Both the position numbers and the translations under genes were made by a program. Below are positions 20,900 through 31,186 of a DNA stretch of 64,000 nt, piece by piece. Position 1 is the first letter of the stretch; each line of letters begins with the position of its first letter. The stretch is from Longimicrobiales bacterium (lineage in GTDB: Bacteria > Gemmatimonadota > Gemmatimonadetes > Longimicrobiales > Gaopeijiaceae), in contig OZ220732.1 of the NCBI GenBank assembly GCA_965116905.1, forward strand, positions 3,776,001 to 3,840,000. The letters run 5' to 3'. The notes below the pieces were generated by a model. The model did no database searches. It was not told the DNA's origin and saw only the letters and a program-made list of their open reading frames with translations.

Positions 20900-21744
20900 C
20901 GGTCGTCGCTGCGGGGGCGGCCGTGGTGGCTGTGGTGGCGGGTGCCCTGGTCCCGATCGTGCCGTCCGGCCGTGCCGTGGCCCAGGAGGTCGGCGGCGGC
21001 GCCGACACCGTGAGGTTCACCCTTGCCGGGCAGATCGTCGACGCGGTGAACGGGGCCCCGGTCATCGCCGCGCTGGTAAAGGTCCCGGCTCTTCGCCAGG
21101 TGGCCAGCTCCGACGTGAACGGCCGGTTCCGGCTCGCCGACTTTCCCGAGGGGACGTGGGACATCGTCGTCGAGCAGCTCGGGTACCATACGCTGACCGG
21201 ATCGGTCACGGTCGCGGAGGGCAACGGACTCAATCTGCGCCTGAACCCGGATCCGGTCGCCCTCGAAGAGATCAGGGCGGGCGGCCTGACCTACAAGACG
21301 CGGTTGCGGCGCCGGCGAAACGCCCTGCGGGCGAGGTCGTACGCGCTCGAGGGAGAAGCGCTCTTGAACACCCGCCACGAGGACGTGTGGGAGCTCGTGG
21401 GATCGCGCGAGGGGTTCCGGTTCGAGGGCTATTCCGCCTACGGCTGTCCGTTGGCCACGATCTACGGCGTGCCGCGCATCGTGGAGCTGTACGTGGACGA
21501 CCGCCCCGTGCGGATCGGAATCTTCGACCAATACAGCCCGGCCGATTTCGCCATGGTGGAGGTCTATGAATTCGGCGCCATGATCAAGGCGTATACCCAG
21601 CCCTATCTCGATCGGATGACGCAGGAGAGAAGAGTGGCGGTGAAGTCGACGCCGACGCTGTGTCCCCCCGAGTCCCGGACGATCTACCGCCGCGGCCGCT
21701 ACGTGCGGGTGCCGCCCGGAACGGGGCCAGGAGGTGTGGGGTAG
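20896..21744 (+). CDS. Carboxypeptidase-regulatory-like domain protein with plug-like C-terminus (paralogue 1)
   Basis: FTLAGQIVDAVNGAPV...GRFRLADFPEGTWDIVVEQLGYHTL; no beta-barrel. Confidence 0.8.
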   Translation: MTVVAAGAAVVAVVAGALVPIVPSGRAVAQEVGGGADTVRFTLAGQIVDAVNGAPVIAALVKVPALRQVASSDVNGRFRLADFPEGTWDIVVEQLGYHTLTGSVTVAEGNGLNLRLNPDPVALEEIRAGGLTYKTRLRRRRNALRARSYALEGEALLNTRHEDVWELVGSREGFRFEGYSAYGCPLATIYGVPRIVELYVDDRPVRIGIFDQYSPADFAMVEVYEFGAMIKAYTQPYLDRMTQERRVAVKSTPTLCPPESRTIYRRGRYVRVPPGTGPGGVG

Positions 21745-21796
21745 CAGGCAGGGGTCCGGTGTCACACCGGCAGATCCCTTGACCGGGAGGCCTTCG

Positions 21797-22600
21797 ATGA
21801 AGGTGCGGGTCAGCAGGCGCGGGGAAGCGGCGGCGTTCGCCACCGCCACGATCGTGCTCGGCCTGACCGTCCTCGGCCTGACCGCGCTCGGCCCGACTGT
21901 CCCCGGCGCGCCTGGATTGTCGGCACAGGAGGCCGCAACATTCACCCTGACCGGCCAGATCGTCGACGCGGTGAACGAAGCCCCTGTCATCGCCGCGGTG
22001 GTCAAGGTTCCCGATCTGCGCCGGTTCGTCTTCACCAACGTCGACGGCCGCTTCGCGTTCACCGACTTCCCCGAAGGTACGTGGGACATCCTGGTCGAGC
22101 AGTTCGGATACCACACGCTCGAAGGCTCAGTGACGGTGGCCGACGGCAACGGGCTCTTTCTGCGCCTGAACCCCGACCCGATCGAGCTGGAGGGCCTGCG
22201 GGTGCGGACGCGCTCCGAGCAGTTGCTGGAACGGCGGCGACGACGCGTTCCCTACCGCGTCGTCAGGATCCCCACCGAGACCATCGCCAACGCGATCAAT
22301 CCGGACCCGACCGCGATATTCAGGTTCAATGCGGCTGCACCGATTACCGGCTGCTCGAGCGAGGCCGATGAGTGGATGACCCCCGGGTGCGTCGTGGTGA
22401 AGGGCACGCCCAGGCCGATCAGCATTTTCCTGGATGAAGGGCCGCTGCTCGGCGGAATGGTGGAATTCGCCGCCCTGAGTCACCTGGACATCCACTCGAT
22501 GGAGTGGATACCGAGGATGGCGATGCTCAGGGTCTACACCCGGCGGTTCATCGAGCGCCTCGACAACACGCGCATCAGCCTGGTGCCGCTGGTATGGTGA
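21797..22600 (+). CDS. Carboxypeptidase-regulatory-like domain protein with plug-like C-terminus (paralogue 2)
   Basis: FTLTGQIVDAVNEAPV...DFPEGTWDILVEQFGYHTL; ATG follows GGGAGG. Confidence 0.8.
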   Translation: MKVRVSRRGEAAAFATATIVLGLTVLGLTALGPTVPGAPGLSAQEAATFTLTGQIVDAVNEAPVIAAVVKVPDLRRFVFTNVDGRFAFTDFPEGTWDILVEQFGYHTLEGSVTVADGNGLFLRLNPDPIELEGLRVRTRSEQLLERRRRRVPYRVVRIPTETIANAINPDPTAIFRFNAAAPITGCSSEADEWMTPGCVVVKGTPRPISIFLDEGPLLGGMVEFAALSHLDIHSMEWIPRMAMLRVYTRRFIERLDNTRISLVPLVW

Positions 22601-23397
22601 CGAGGCGGGTCGGGCGCGCGCGGCGCGCATCATTTTTTGTTGCGTGCCTGGCGGGGTGTCTGGCGGCGTGGGCCGGTGCGGACGGACTGACCGCGCAGGA
22701 TCCGGCCACCTTTACGCTGTCCGGAGAGATCGTCGACGCAGTCAACGGAGCGCCCGTGGTCGCCGCCGTGATCAAGGTTCCCGAGTTGCGGCGTTTCGTC
22801 TTCACCAACGTGAGGGGACGCTTCGCGTTCACGGACTTCCCCGAGGGGACGTGGGACATCCTGGTCGAGCAGCTCGGATACCATACGCTCGAGGGCACGG
22901 TGACCGTCGCGGACGGCAACGGACTCTTCCTCCGTCTGAACCCCGATCCGATCGAGCTGGAGGGCCTGCGCGTCGTCACTCGGGGCGAACGGCTGCTCCA
23001 CGAGCGGCGCCGGCGCTACCCCTTTCGCGTGACCACGATCTCGGCGTCCACGATTACGGAGGCCGTGGACCGGGACCTCGCCGCCATCTTCAGGAGACAC
23101 GCCAATGCGCCGCTCGCCATGTGCCCGGTGGAGGTAGACCCGTGGCTGGCGATGGGAGGCTGCATGTACAAACGGGGCGATCTCAAGCGGATCCGCGTCT
23201 ATCTGGACGAAGCGCCGCTCATGGGAGGCATGGCCGAGCTGTCGCAACTCGACTACCGGGAAGTCCACTCCATGGACTGGGTGCCGGGGATCTGGCGGGC
23301 CGACAACCCCGAGCTTCGCGTCTACTCCAAGGGGTTCATCGAGCGGCTGAACAACTCCAACACCCACCTGGCCCCGTTTTCGTGGTTCGTCCCGTAG
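22594..23397 (+). CDS. Carboxypeptidase-regulatory-like domain protein with plug-like C-terminus (paralogue 3)
   Basis: FTLSGEIVDAVNGAPV...DFPEGTWDILVEQLGYHTL; start overlaps the previous stop. Confidence 0.8.
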   Translation: MVTRRVGRARRASFFVACLAGCLAAWAGADGLTAQDPATFTLSGEIVDAVNGAPVVAAVIKVPELRRFVFTNVRGRFAFTDFPEGTWDILVEQLGYHTLEGTVTVADGNGLFLRLNPDPIELEGLRVVTRGERLLHERRRRYPFRVTTISASTITEAVDRDLAAIFRRHANAPLAMCPVEVDPWLAMGGCMYKRGDLKRIRVYLDEAPLMGGMAELSQLDYREVHSMDWVPGIWRADNPELRVYSKGFIERLNNSNTHLAPFSWFVP

Positions 23398-23439
23398 CCC
23401 GGCTGGCCGCCGACGCACCCTCCCGGCTATGGGGCCGAC

Positions 23440-24729
23440 CTACGGTCCTTCCCGCTCCGACCGGAACAGCCTGTCCGTGACAATCGCCACCAGTGGGACA
23501 GCCACGGTCAGCGTCACCACGCCCAGGCCCTCCATGAAGCCCGTTTCGTCGCGCTGACCCGCAATCCCCAGCGTGTAGCCGGGAACGAGGACCACCGCCG
23601 CGCCGATCAGCGCCGCGCCGAGGGTCCCGTGGGACCGCTCCGTCCTGCCCCCGAGACGAGCACCCAGCGCCGATCCCAGCGCCGGCAGCGCCAGGGCCGC
23701 GGCAGACACCGCGATCGTGGTGGTAGCCGAGCAATCCGTGAAGAGCGCGTCCTCGTCCCGGCCCCGGAATCCGATGCACCGGCTCGCCAGACCGACGCCC
23801 GCGGCCAACCCCGCCGCGTTGCCCAGGGCGGATCCCAGGAAGACCGTGCCGGTGCGGTGCGGCGCGGGCTCGAGCGACCAGTCGTATCGTTGCGGACCCA
23901 GGGTGTAGATTTCCCTTTGCCGGGCGGGATCGCGCCCGGGCCGCCGCGTCTCGATGACGAGAGCCCCCCACAGCGACCCCGTTCCGAATCGGGCACCCGC
24001 CTCGGACGGCTGCACGACTTCGATGTTCTCGATGGTCTCGATCGGAAGCGTCGCATACAGGGTCGCCGGGTTGCGCACCAGCACGCCGTCCAGGTAGACC
24101 TCCGGGGAGTTGCAGCCCGGATCGCTGCTGCCGAGGCCGCGTATGAAGTTCCCCGCGCGCGCGCCGCGGAACTCGACGCAGGTCGGCTGTCCCACGACCC
24201 CGCTCCGGCTGATCCGTATCCCCGGAACCTGAGCGGTCAGGAGTTCCACCAGGCTCATCGCCGTGTCTTCATACCTCTGGATCTCCTCGCGGGAGATCCG
24301 GTTGAGTTGACGGCCCGCTCCTCTCCGCTCCCGGGCCTCGCGACTCGTGGCCTCGACAACCAGGGGCGTCAGCCTGATGCCCTCCTGAGCGATCCGGATC
24401 GTCAACCGCTGAGAGGCCTCGCCCACCTCCACCTCCTGCCAGTGCGCTCCATACGCGACATGGCGGACCGTGAGCACCCAGCTGCCCCGTGGTACATCGG
24501 CAAACGAAAACGACCCGCCGGCGTCGGTGACCCGCGTTCCCACACCGTCGATCCACACCTCCACATCGGCCACCGGGATGCTCGTAGCGTCATCCAGGAT
24601 CCGGCCGGACACCGACGTGCTCTGCTGCGCCATTGCGACGGTTGGAATCCCCCACAGAAGGGCAAGAGTGCCGGCCACCAAGGTGCCCGGCCAGCTACAC
24701 GTGGCCCGCTCTCGCCAGGCCCGCTTCAT
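23440..24729 (-). CDS. Carboxypeptidase-regulatory domain + TonB plug domain + C-terminal membrane helices, no barrel
   Basis: VSGRILDDAT, TDAGGSF, PEVYLDGV, IENIEVVQPSEAGARFGTGSLWGALVIETR, then hydrophobic helices. Confidence 0.8.
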   Translation of the reverse strand: MKRAWRERATCSWPGTLVAGTLALLWGIPTVAMAQQSTSVSGRILDDATSIPVADVEVWIDGVGTRVTDAGGSFSFADVPRGSWVLTVRHVAYGAHWQEVEVGEASQRLTIRIAQEGIRLTPLVVEATSREARERRGAGRQLNRISREEIQRYEDTAMSLVELLTAQVPGIRISRSGVVGQPTCVEFRGARAGNFIRGLGSSDPGCNSPEVYLDGVLVRNPATLYATLPIETIENIEVVQPSEAGARFGTGSLWGALVIETRRPGRDPARQREIYTLGPQRYDWSLEPAPHRTGTVFLGSALGNAAGLAAGVGLASRCIGFRGRDEDALFTDCSATTTIAVSAAALALPALGSALGARLGGRTERSHGTLGAALIGAAVVLVPGYTLGIAGQRDETGFMEGLGVVTLTVAVPLVAIVTDRLFRSEREGP

Positions 24730-24760
24730 ACGACTCCTCCCGCTTCCGGACGCGCACCTC

Positions 24761-24789
24761 TTGACAAACAATGTACGCAATGTTAGCGC
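24761..24789 (+). promoter_or_regulatory. Candidate sigma70 promoter for the susC-like operon
   Basis: Perfect TTGACA at 24761, 17-bp spacer ending in TGt, weak -10 TAGCGC; lies in an AT-richer divergent intergenic region. Confidence 0.35.
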
Positions 24790-24907
24790 GGGCCGCGTGC
24801 AGGTGCTACTGTAATCGCACCCACAAATGCGGGATGATCGCCCTGCTCGCACCTCGCGGCTCGGTGTATACATCCCGGTATCCATCCTTCGTCCATAGGA
24901 GGACGCC

Positions 24908-27900
24908 ATGGAACGAGCAACGTGCAAAAGACGGCGTGGCGCTGCAGGAGTTGTCGCTCTTGCGGCGCTGGCGCTTGCGCTGCCCTCCGCTCTTCGGGCC
25001 CAGACGGGCTCGATCCGAGGGGAGGTGGTCGACGCGATCACCCTCAGGGCGATCGGAGGCGCCCAGGTCGAAATTGTCGACACACGCCGGGGTGGCCTCA
25101 CCAACACCTCCGGCCAGTACCTGCTTCTCAACGTACCCGTGGGCGAACACGAAGTGCGGGTGCAGTTCATCGGCTTCGGCACGGTGACCCAGAGCGTGAC
25201 GGTCACCAGCGGTGAGACCGCGACCCTCGACTTCTCGCTCGCGCAATCGGCGCTGCAGCTGGACCAGATCGTGGTCACGGGCACGGCGCAGGAGACCCAG
25301 GCGCGATCGGTGGGCAACACGGTTTCCACGATCGACGCTGCGGAGATCGTGGAAATCGCGCCGATCAGCACCGTACAGCAACTGCTGACCGCTCGTACCC
25401 CCGGCTTGACGCTCATGAAAAACTCCGGCCAGGCGGGATCGAGCTCCAAGCTTCGCATCCGGGGAGCCGGATCCCTCGCGGCGGGGCTGCAACCCGTTGT
25501 CTACGTCGATGGGATTCGCATGAAATCCGGTACCCAGGGAGGGCAGGACGTGAGCTGGGGCGGTGCGCAGGGAACCGACGCCCTGGACTTCCTGAACCCG
25601 CAGGACATCGAATCGGTCGAGACGATCAAGGGCCCCGCCGCATCCACCCTGTACGGAGCCGATGCGGCCGGCGGCGTCATTCAGATCATCACCAAGAAGG
25701 GCCGCGCCGGATCCGGACTGGTGTGGAATGCTTCCTTCGAGACCGGTTTCAGCGAGTGGGCGCTCGACACCCCAACGAACTACTGGAGGTGCACCGCTTC
25801 AAATATCGGCAACCCCAACGTCTACCCGGGGTGTCAGGGCGTCTCGGAGAACACGGTGTTGATGGACGACCCCGTGAAGCGTCATCCGATGGCGCTTCGT
25901 CAGAATGAAGGGGGGCCCGACAGCTACGCCGATCTCAGCACCTTCAACCTCTCGGCGCGCGGGGGCGGCGAAGCCTTCAACTACTACCTCTCGTTCGAGA
26001 AGAGCGGCGAAGAGGGCGTCTACTACAACAACTTCTCCAACCGGACCTCGGGGCGCGCGAACTTCGGGTTCACGCCCACGGAAAGGTTCTCGACGACGGT
26101 CAGCGTCGGGTATGCGCGTACTCACGTGCAGATGCCGTTCGCCAACAACTCGTCGAACTCGATCCTGCGGAACGGATTCAGGGGAAGGCCCGGGTCGTCC
26201 GCCCCGTGGGAGGAAGGCTTCCGCGGCTTCGGACCGAACCTGTCCAACGAGTATGACAACCAGACCGAGGCCGAGCGCACGACGATCGGCATGACCATCA
26301 ACTACCAGCCATGGGACTGGTTCACAAACCGGCTGACGCTGGGAATGGACAAGCAGGATCGAAACAACTCCGAGGTCAACATGATCGACACCACCGGTCT
26401 GCAACCATGGGGGGCCACCTCCTCCAACGGCCGCGTGCAGCGCTTCCTGCCCATCGATCACTCGTGGACGGCCGACTACGCCGGCACCATCGGGACCGAC
26501 ATTACCGATGACCTCGGCTCGTCGCTGTCCTTCGGGGCCCAGTTGGTGAGAGAACAGTTTTCATCCCACTTCGTCGATGGACAGGGCTTTGTGGCCAACA
26601 ACCTGAACCTCATCGGAACCGCCGCGGTTACGTCGGCGTCGGAGGGGTTCGTAGAGCAGACCTCGCTGGGCGTGTATGTGCAGGAACAGGCGGCCTGGCG
26701 AGATCGGCTCTACGGCACGGTGGCGGTCCGGGTCGACGACAACTCGGCGTTCGGCAATGACTTCTCTCTCGTGGTCTACCCGAAGGCCTCGGTGTCGTAC
26801 ATCATCTCGGACGAGGACTTCTTCAGTCTGCCGTACGTGGACGAACTGAAGCTCCGAACCGCCTGGGGCCAGGCAGGGAAGGCGCCGGCTCCCTTCACGG
26901 CGGACCGGGCCTACGCGCCGGATGTCACGGTGGTGGGCGATGTGGCGGTGAACCAGCTTTCCACCGCCTCGTACGGGAATCCCGACCTCAAGGCCGAGAC
27001 CGGTTCGGAGCTCGAAATCGGCTTCGACGCGTCGTTGCTGGACGGTCGCGCAGGTCTCGAGGTCACCTATTACAATCAGCGCACCACCGATGCGCTGATC
27101 TCGGTTCCCGACCCGCCCTCGAGCGGATTCAGCGGCAGCCACTTCATAAACATCGGCGAGATCGCGAACAGCGGTTTCGAGCTGCTGCTGACCGGGTCCC
27201 CGATCTACACGCGGGATTTCCAGTGGGACGCGAGCGTGTCGCTTTACACGAACTCGAACGAACTCGTTTCCTTCGGCGGCGCTCTGGAGGATATCTCCTT
27301 CGGCGCGTTTGCCCAGGTCCACAAGCACATCGAGGGCTACCCGCTGGGCGGCTACTGGTCCGTCGACGTCGTACGGGATGCGAGCGGCAACCCCGTTCTC
27401 AACTCGGGCGGAGGCGTGACCGTCGACTACGACAACGAGGAGTTCGTGGGACCGCAGTTGCCCACGCGGGAGATCGCGTTCTCCAACACGTTTACGCTCC
27501 TAGGGAACCTCAGGGTCTTCGCCCAGTTCGACTACAAGGGCGGCCACTACCAGTGGTGCGCGATCTGCTCCATCCGGAACCGGATCGACCGCAACTCCTG
27601 GGAGGTGAACAACCCCGCCGCCGATCCGGTCGAGGTCCTGGTGTGGCGCAGCCGTCAGACCAAGACGCACCTGTTCCCGGCGGATTTCCTGAAGTTCCGG
27701 GAGATTGCCCTGAGCTACACCTTGCCGGGTAATCTGAGCAACGCTTTCCGGGCGGACCGTGCAACGGTGACGCTGTCGGGCCGAAACATCTGGATGTGGA
27801 CCAAATACGGGGGCACTTCCGATCCGGAAGTCACGTTCTACAGTACGCGCGAGTTCAGTGAGTTGGACTACGCGTCCACACCGATGACGCGCAGGGTGGC

Positions 27901-27925
27901 GGCATCGATCGCCCTGCAGTTCTGA
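24908..27925 (+). CDS. SusC/RagA family TonB-dependent outer membrane receptor
   Basis: AGGAGG RBS; LDQIVVTG, LRIRGAGS, DIESVETIKGPAASTLYGADAAGGVIQIITKKG, GNPDLKAET, C-terminal Phe. Confidence 0.95.
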   Translation: MERATCKRRRGAAGVVALAALALALPSALRAQTGSIRGEVVDAITLRAIGGAQVEIVDTRRGGLTNTSGQYLLLNVPVGEHEVRVQFIGFGTVTQSVTVTSGETATLDFSLAQSALQLDQIVVTGTAQETQARSVGNTVSTIDAAEIVEIAPISTVQQLLTARTPGLTLMKNSGQAGSSSKLRIRGAGSLAAGLQPVVYVDGIRMKSGTQGGQDVSWGGAQGTDALDFLNPQDIESVETIKGPAASTLYGADAAGGVIQIITKKGRAGSGLVWNASFETGFSEWALDTPTNYWRCTASNIGNPNVYPGCQGVSENTVLMDDPVKRHPMALRQNEGGPDSYADLSTFNLSARGGGEAFNYYLSFEKSGEEGVYYNNFSNRTSGRANFGFTPTERFSTTVSVGYARTHVQMPFANNSSNSILRNGFRGRPGSSAPWEEGFRGFGPNLSNEYDNQTEAERTTIGMTINYQPWDWFTNRLTLGMDKQDRNNSEVNMIDTTGLQPWGATSSNGRVQRFLPIDHSWTADYAGTIGTDITDDLGSSLSFGAQLVREQFSSHFVDGQGFVANNLNLIGTAAVTSASEGFVEQTSLGVYVQEQAAWRDRLYGTVAVRVDDNSAFGNDFSLVVYPKASVSYIISDEDFFSLPYVDELKLRTAWGQAGKAPAPFTADRAYAPDVTVVGDVAVNQLSTASYGNPDLKAETGSELEIGFDASLLDGRAGLEVTYYNQRTTDALISVPDPPSSGFSGSHFINIGEIANSGFELLLTGSPIYTRDFQWDASVSLYTNSNELVSFGGALEDISFGAFAQVHKHIEGYPLGGYWSVDVVRDASGNPVLNSGGGVTVDYDNEEFVGPQLPTREIAFSNTFTLLGNLRVFAQFDYKGGHYQWCAICSIRNRIDRNSWEVNNPAADPVEVLVWRSRQTKTHLFPADFLKFREIALSYTLPGNLSNAFRADRATVTLSGRNIWMWTKYGGTSDPEVTFYSTREFSELDYASTPMTRRVAASIALQF

Positions 27926-27938
27926 GAGGAGGAAGCAA

Positions 27939-29288
27939 ATGACTCGATTCAGCAAGACGCTGCGGCTCGCTGCCGCATTGGCCGTCCTGGGTCCGGTCGC
28001 GGCATGCGACACCCTCGACGAACTCCTGGTAGCAAACAACCCTGAACGCATCTCGGAGGATGCACTGAATGACGCACTGCTCGTAGACGTCCTCACCAAC
28101 AGCGTCATCGGCGAGTTCTCGGCCATGTACGACAATCCGTTCATCTGGACGGGCAGCATGATGACCGACGAGCAGCTCACGGGGATCAACTGGGAACAGA
28201 CCGCGCGCATCAACCAGCGCCTGGTTCGTTTCGACGAGGGTCCCACCGACGGCATGTTCTCGGCGCTCAGTGCCGCCCGGGTGATGGCGGACAGCGCCGC
28301 GGGACGGTTCCGCACACTGATCGACAACTCGGCCGCCGACGAGCGCATGGCCATTGCCCTGATCTACGCCGGCTATTCCCACATCGTTCTGGGCGACGCC
28401 ATGTGCGAAGCCGTCTTCAATGTGGGAGAGACCCTCGCGTCACAGGCGCAGATCTACGAGCGCGGCCTGTCCCGATTCGAGGAGGGCATGCAGGTGGCCG
28501 GAGCCGCCGGGCGCGAGGACCTCGTAAACCTCGCCCGCACCGGCCTTGCGCGCGCGCACCTCAACCTCGGCAATCACAGCCAGGTGATGCAGTACGCCGG
28601 CGAGGTTCCAGCGGACTTCGTCCACTGGGTCGAATACGAGCAGACATCCGACGGCGGAACCGACCTCGTGCTCTGGGGGAGGATCAACGGCGGCAACCAC
28701 TCGCTCGGCGTGCACCCGAACTTCCTGAACGGTGACTTCGGAAGCCAGGACATCATTGCCGGCCAGACGGACCCGCGGGTGCAGCACACCACCAGCTGGT
28801 CGCTGGGTCACAACCGCCTGACACGGCTGTACAAGCCGTACCAGTCTCTGCCGTTCAGCGGATACAACGGCGAGGCGATCGCGGATGGCGGTCAACCGCC
28901 CTTCTACCAGAGGGGCACCGACATCAAGATGGCGTCGGGGCTCGAGGCGATGCACCACTACTACGAAGCGGCGGGGCCCGGCGGAACGGGTCCGGCCGGG
29001 TCGACGCTCGATTTCGTGAACGCCAGGCGCGCGGCTGGCAAGCAAGCGCCGGTCGACCTGTCAGGCGCCGAGCTGATGGCCGAACTTCGCGACCAGCGCG
29101 GGCGCGACATGTACCTGGGCGGCTTCCGCCTGGGGGATCTGCGGCGCTGGAATAACCAGGGCGTGGGCAACTTCTTCCCGAGCGGGGTCCACCCGGTGAC
29201 AGAGTGGGGCAGCTATGGGGACGCGACGTGCTTCCCGCTCCCGCTCGAGGAGTACGAAGGCAACCCCAACCTGACGAAGCCGTCCTGA
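27939..29288 (+). CDS. SusD/RagB family lipoprotein
   Basis: Lipobox VAAC; LRDQRGRDMYLGGFRLGDLRRW; FPLPLEEYEGNPNL; immediately downstream of susC. Confidence 0.9.
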   Translation: MTRFSKTLRLAAALAVLGPVAACDTLDELLVANNPERISEDALNDALLVDVLTNSVIGEFSAMYDNPFIWTGSMMTDEQLTGINWEQTARINQRLVRFDEGPTDGMFSALSAARVMADSAAGRFRTLIDNSAADERMAIALIYAGYSHIVLGDAMCEAVFNVGETLASQAQIYERGLSRFEEGMQVAGAAGREDLVNLARTGLARAHLNLGNHSQVMQYAGEVPADFVHWVEYEQTSDGGTDLVLWGRINGGNHSLGVHPNFLNGDFGSQDIIAGQTDPRVQHTTSWSLGHNRLTRLYKPYQSLPFSGYNGEAIADGGQPPFYQRGTDIKMASGLEAMHHYYEAAGPGGTGPAGSTLDFVNARRAAGKQAPVDLSGAELMAELRDQRGRDMYLGGFRLGDLRRWNNQGVGNFFPSGVHPVTEWGSYGDATCFPLPLEEYEGNPNLTKPS

Positions 29289-29310
29289 CGGCCTTCGTCG
29301 GAGCGAAAAC

Positions 29311-29784
29311 GTGCGTGAGCACCTGAAGACGGGGGGTGCGGCGGTCCACAGGGCCGCCGTGCCCCCTCGGGCGTTCCGCGCCGCCACCGCCGCACTGGCG
29401 GCAATGGCGATCTCGGCCGCCTGCGATCTCCTCGACGACGATCAGGAGTACCCGGGCGTCGCCCGTGTTGAAATCACCGGTACCGCGCCGGTACCGCTCG
29501 AACTGGTCGTCTCGGACGACTTTCAAAGGGTAGCCGACGTCGATCAGGGGGCGCGGTATACCGTGCTGGTCCGCGCCGACACATCTCACGTGGAACTCGA
29601 TTTCGTGAAGGACTACGACATCGAGCTATCGCGGCGCTTCTTCGTTCGACTCACCAACCACGCCGTCGATGTGGCGAACGTGCGTCTCACGGTCGCCTTC
29701 GACGGAGTGGTCGGGTACACGCAGGCGGCGACCATGTCCGAAGGTGGGGCGCTCGAATTCAGCGAGATCTTCTTCGGCACCTGA
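29311..29784 (+). CDS. Hypothetical lipoprotein
   Basis: Lipobox ISAAC; co-oriented in the SusCD operon; start uncertain. Confidence 0.7.
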   Translation: MREHLKTGGAAVHRAAVPPRAFRAATAALAAMAISAACDLLDDDQEYPGVARVEITGTAPVPLELVVSDDFQRVADVDQGARYTVLVRADTSHVELDFVKDYDIELSRRFFVRLTNHAVDVANVRLTVAFDGVVGYTQAATMSEGGALEFSEIFFGT

Positions 29785-29806
29785 TCGAACAACCGGGAGG
29801 CCGCTC

Positions 29807-31159
29807 GTGAGATTGGCCCTGGTCGCCGCCGTGCTATTCCCCCTCGCATCGTGCGGCAGCGACACCACCACCCCCGTGGAAACGCCACCCGACCCCACCC
29901 CTCCCCCCATCCCCTCGGAAGCGACCGCGTGGATCGAGGCCAACGCCCATCCGTTCGAAGGCTCCCACCTCTCCCTTCCCCACTCCGACCTCGGCTTCCT
30001 GAAGGACATCGTCGGCGACGCGCGGATCGTGTCACTGGGCGAAAACACCCACGGGACCCGCGATTTCTTCGAGATGAAGGCGCGCATCCTGCGGTTTCTC
30101 GTCGAGGAATTGGGCTTCACGGCCTTCGCGATCGAAGCGACCTGGCCCGAGGCGCGTCGCCTCGACCACTACGTGCGGACCGGCGAGGGCGATGCGGCGG
30201 AGCTGCTGTCCGGGCTCTACTTCTGGACCTGGAACACGGAATCCGTTCTCGAAATGATCGAGTGGATGCGCGCCCACAACGAAGCCGGGGGCGACGTGGG
30301 CTTTCACGGCTTCGACATGCAGTACCCCGGCATGGCGCTGCACAACGTCCGGCAGTACGTGGCGGCGGTCGACTCCGCCCGAGCCGGCACGGTCGCCACC
30401 CGGCTCGACTGTCTCGGCAGGTTCGCCAACGACGCCTCCGGCCGATTCCCGAGCTCGCGCTACGCGGACGAGTCGGACACCTACCGGGCGAACTGCCGCG
30501 GCTCGCTCGACGGCGTGCAGCAAATGCTGCTGGACAGCCGGGAGACCTACGAGGCGGCATCCGGCGAGAAGGCATTCGCAGTGGCGCTGCAGAGCATCCG
30601 CGTGGCCATTCAATACCACCTGATGATCACGGGCGAACGGGGCCGGGACGAATCGATGGCGGAGAATACCGTCTGGATCGACCGGCACCTCGGTCCCGGG
30701 ACCCGCATGGTCCTCTGGGCCCACAACTTCCACGTCTCCGCCCAGCCGGGCGCTCAGGGATCGTTCCTGCGGCGCGCCTACGGAGACGCGATGGTGATCG
30801 TCGGCTTCAGCCACGAGGCGGGGACCTTCACTGCCGTCCATCAGCGCGGCTCCAGCTACCTGGGTCTCTCCGAGCTCACACTGGGTACCCCGCTCCCGCT
30901 CTCCTACGAGCACTACCTGTCCACGGCGGCCGCTCCCCGGTACGTCGTCGATCTGCGCAACCGCGACACAAGCTCGGCGGGCGCATCCTGGCTGGCGGGA
31001 CCTCGCAGCTTCCGGGCGATCGGCTGCTGCTACGACCCTGGCGCTTCGTATCGCTACTGGTCGCAGTCACCGCTGCAGGAGTGGTACGACGTGCTCATCC
31101 ACTACGAGTCCACGCGGCCCACCACGGTGCTGCCTTCGCGGTACCCAACCAGCTTCTGA
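29807..31159 (+). CDS. Erythromycin esterase (EreA/EreB-like) family lipoprotein
   Basis: ARIVSLGENTHGT, FAIEATW, FHGFDMQ, RDESMAEN, WAHNFH; lipobox LASC; GTG follows GGGAGG. Confidence 0.9.
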   Translation: MRLALVAAVLFPLASCGSDTTTPVETPPDPTPPPIPSEATAWIEANAHPFEGSHLSLPHSDLGFLKDIVGDARIVSLGENTHGTRDFFEMKARILRFLVEELGFTAFAIEATWPEARRLDHYVRTGEGDAAELLSGLYFWTWNTESVLEMIEWMRAHNEAGGDVGFHGFDMQYPGMALHNVRQYVAAVDSARAGTVATRLDCLGRFANDASGRFPSSRYADESDTYRANCRGSLDGVQQMLLDSRETYEAASGEKAFAVALQSIRVAIQYHLMITGERGRDESMAENTVWIDRHLGPGTRMVLWAHNFHVSAQPGAQGSFLRRAYGDAMVIVGFSHEAGTFTAVHQRGSSYLGLSELTLGTPLPLSYEHYLSTAAAPRYVVDLRNRDTSSAGASWLAGPRSFRAIGCCYDPGASYRYWSQSPLQEWYDVLIHYESTRPTTVLPSRYPTSF

Positions 31160-31186
31160 AGCGATCCGCGGCCCCGCGCCCGCCGA

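Noticed and set aside
20896..23397. Diversity-generating retroelement or shufflon behind the paralogue array
   Set aside because: No reverse transcriptase or recombinase, no adenine-specific TR/VR pair and no inverted recombination sites were seen.
29807..31159. Acquired macrolide resistance gene (likewise the beta-lactamase family gene at 10835-12331)
   Set aside because: Only family-level motifs; both are exported, match host codon usage and lack mobile context, so resistance cannot be claimed.
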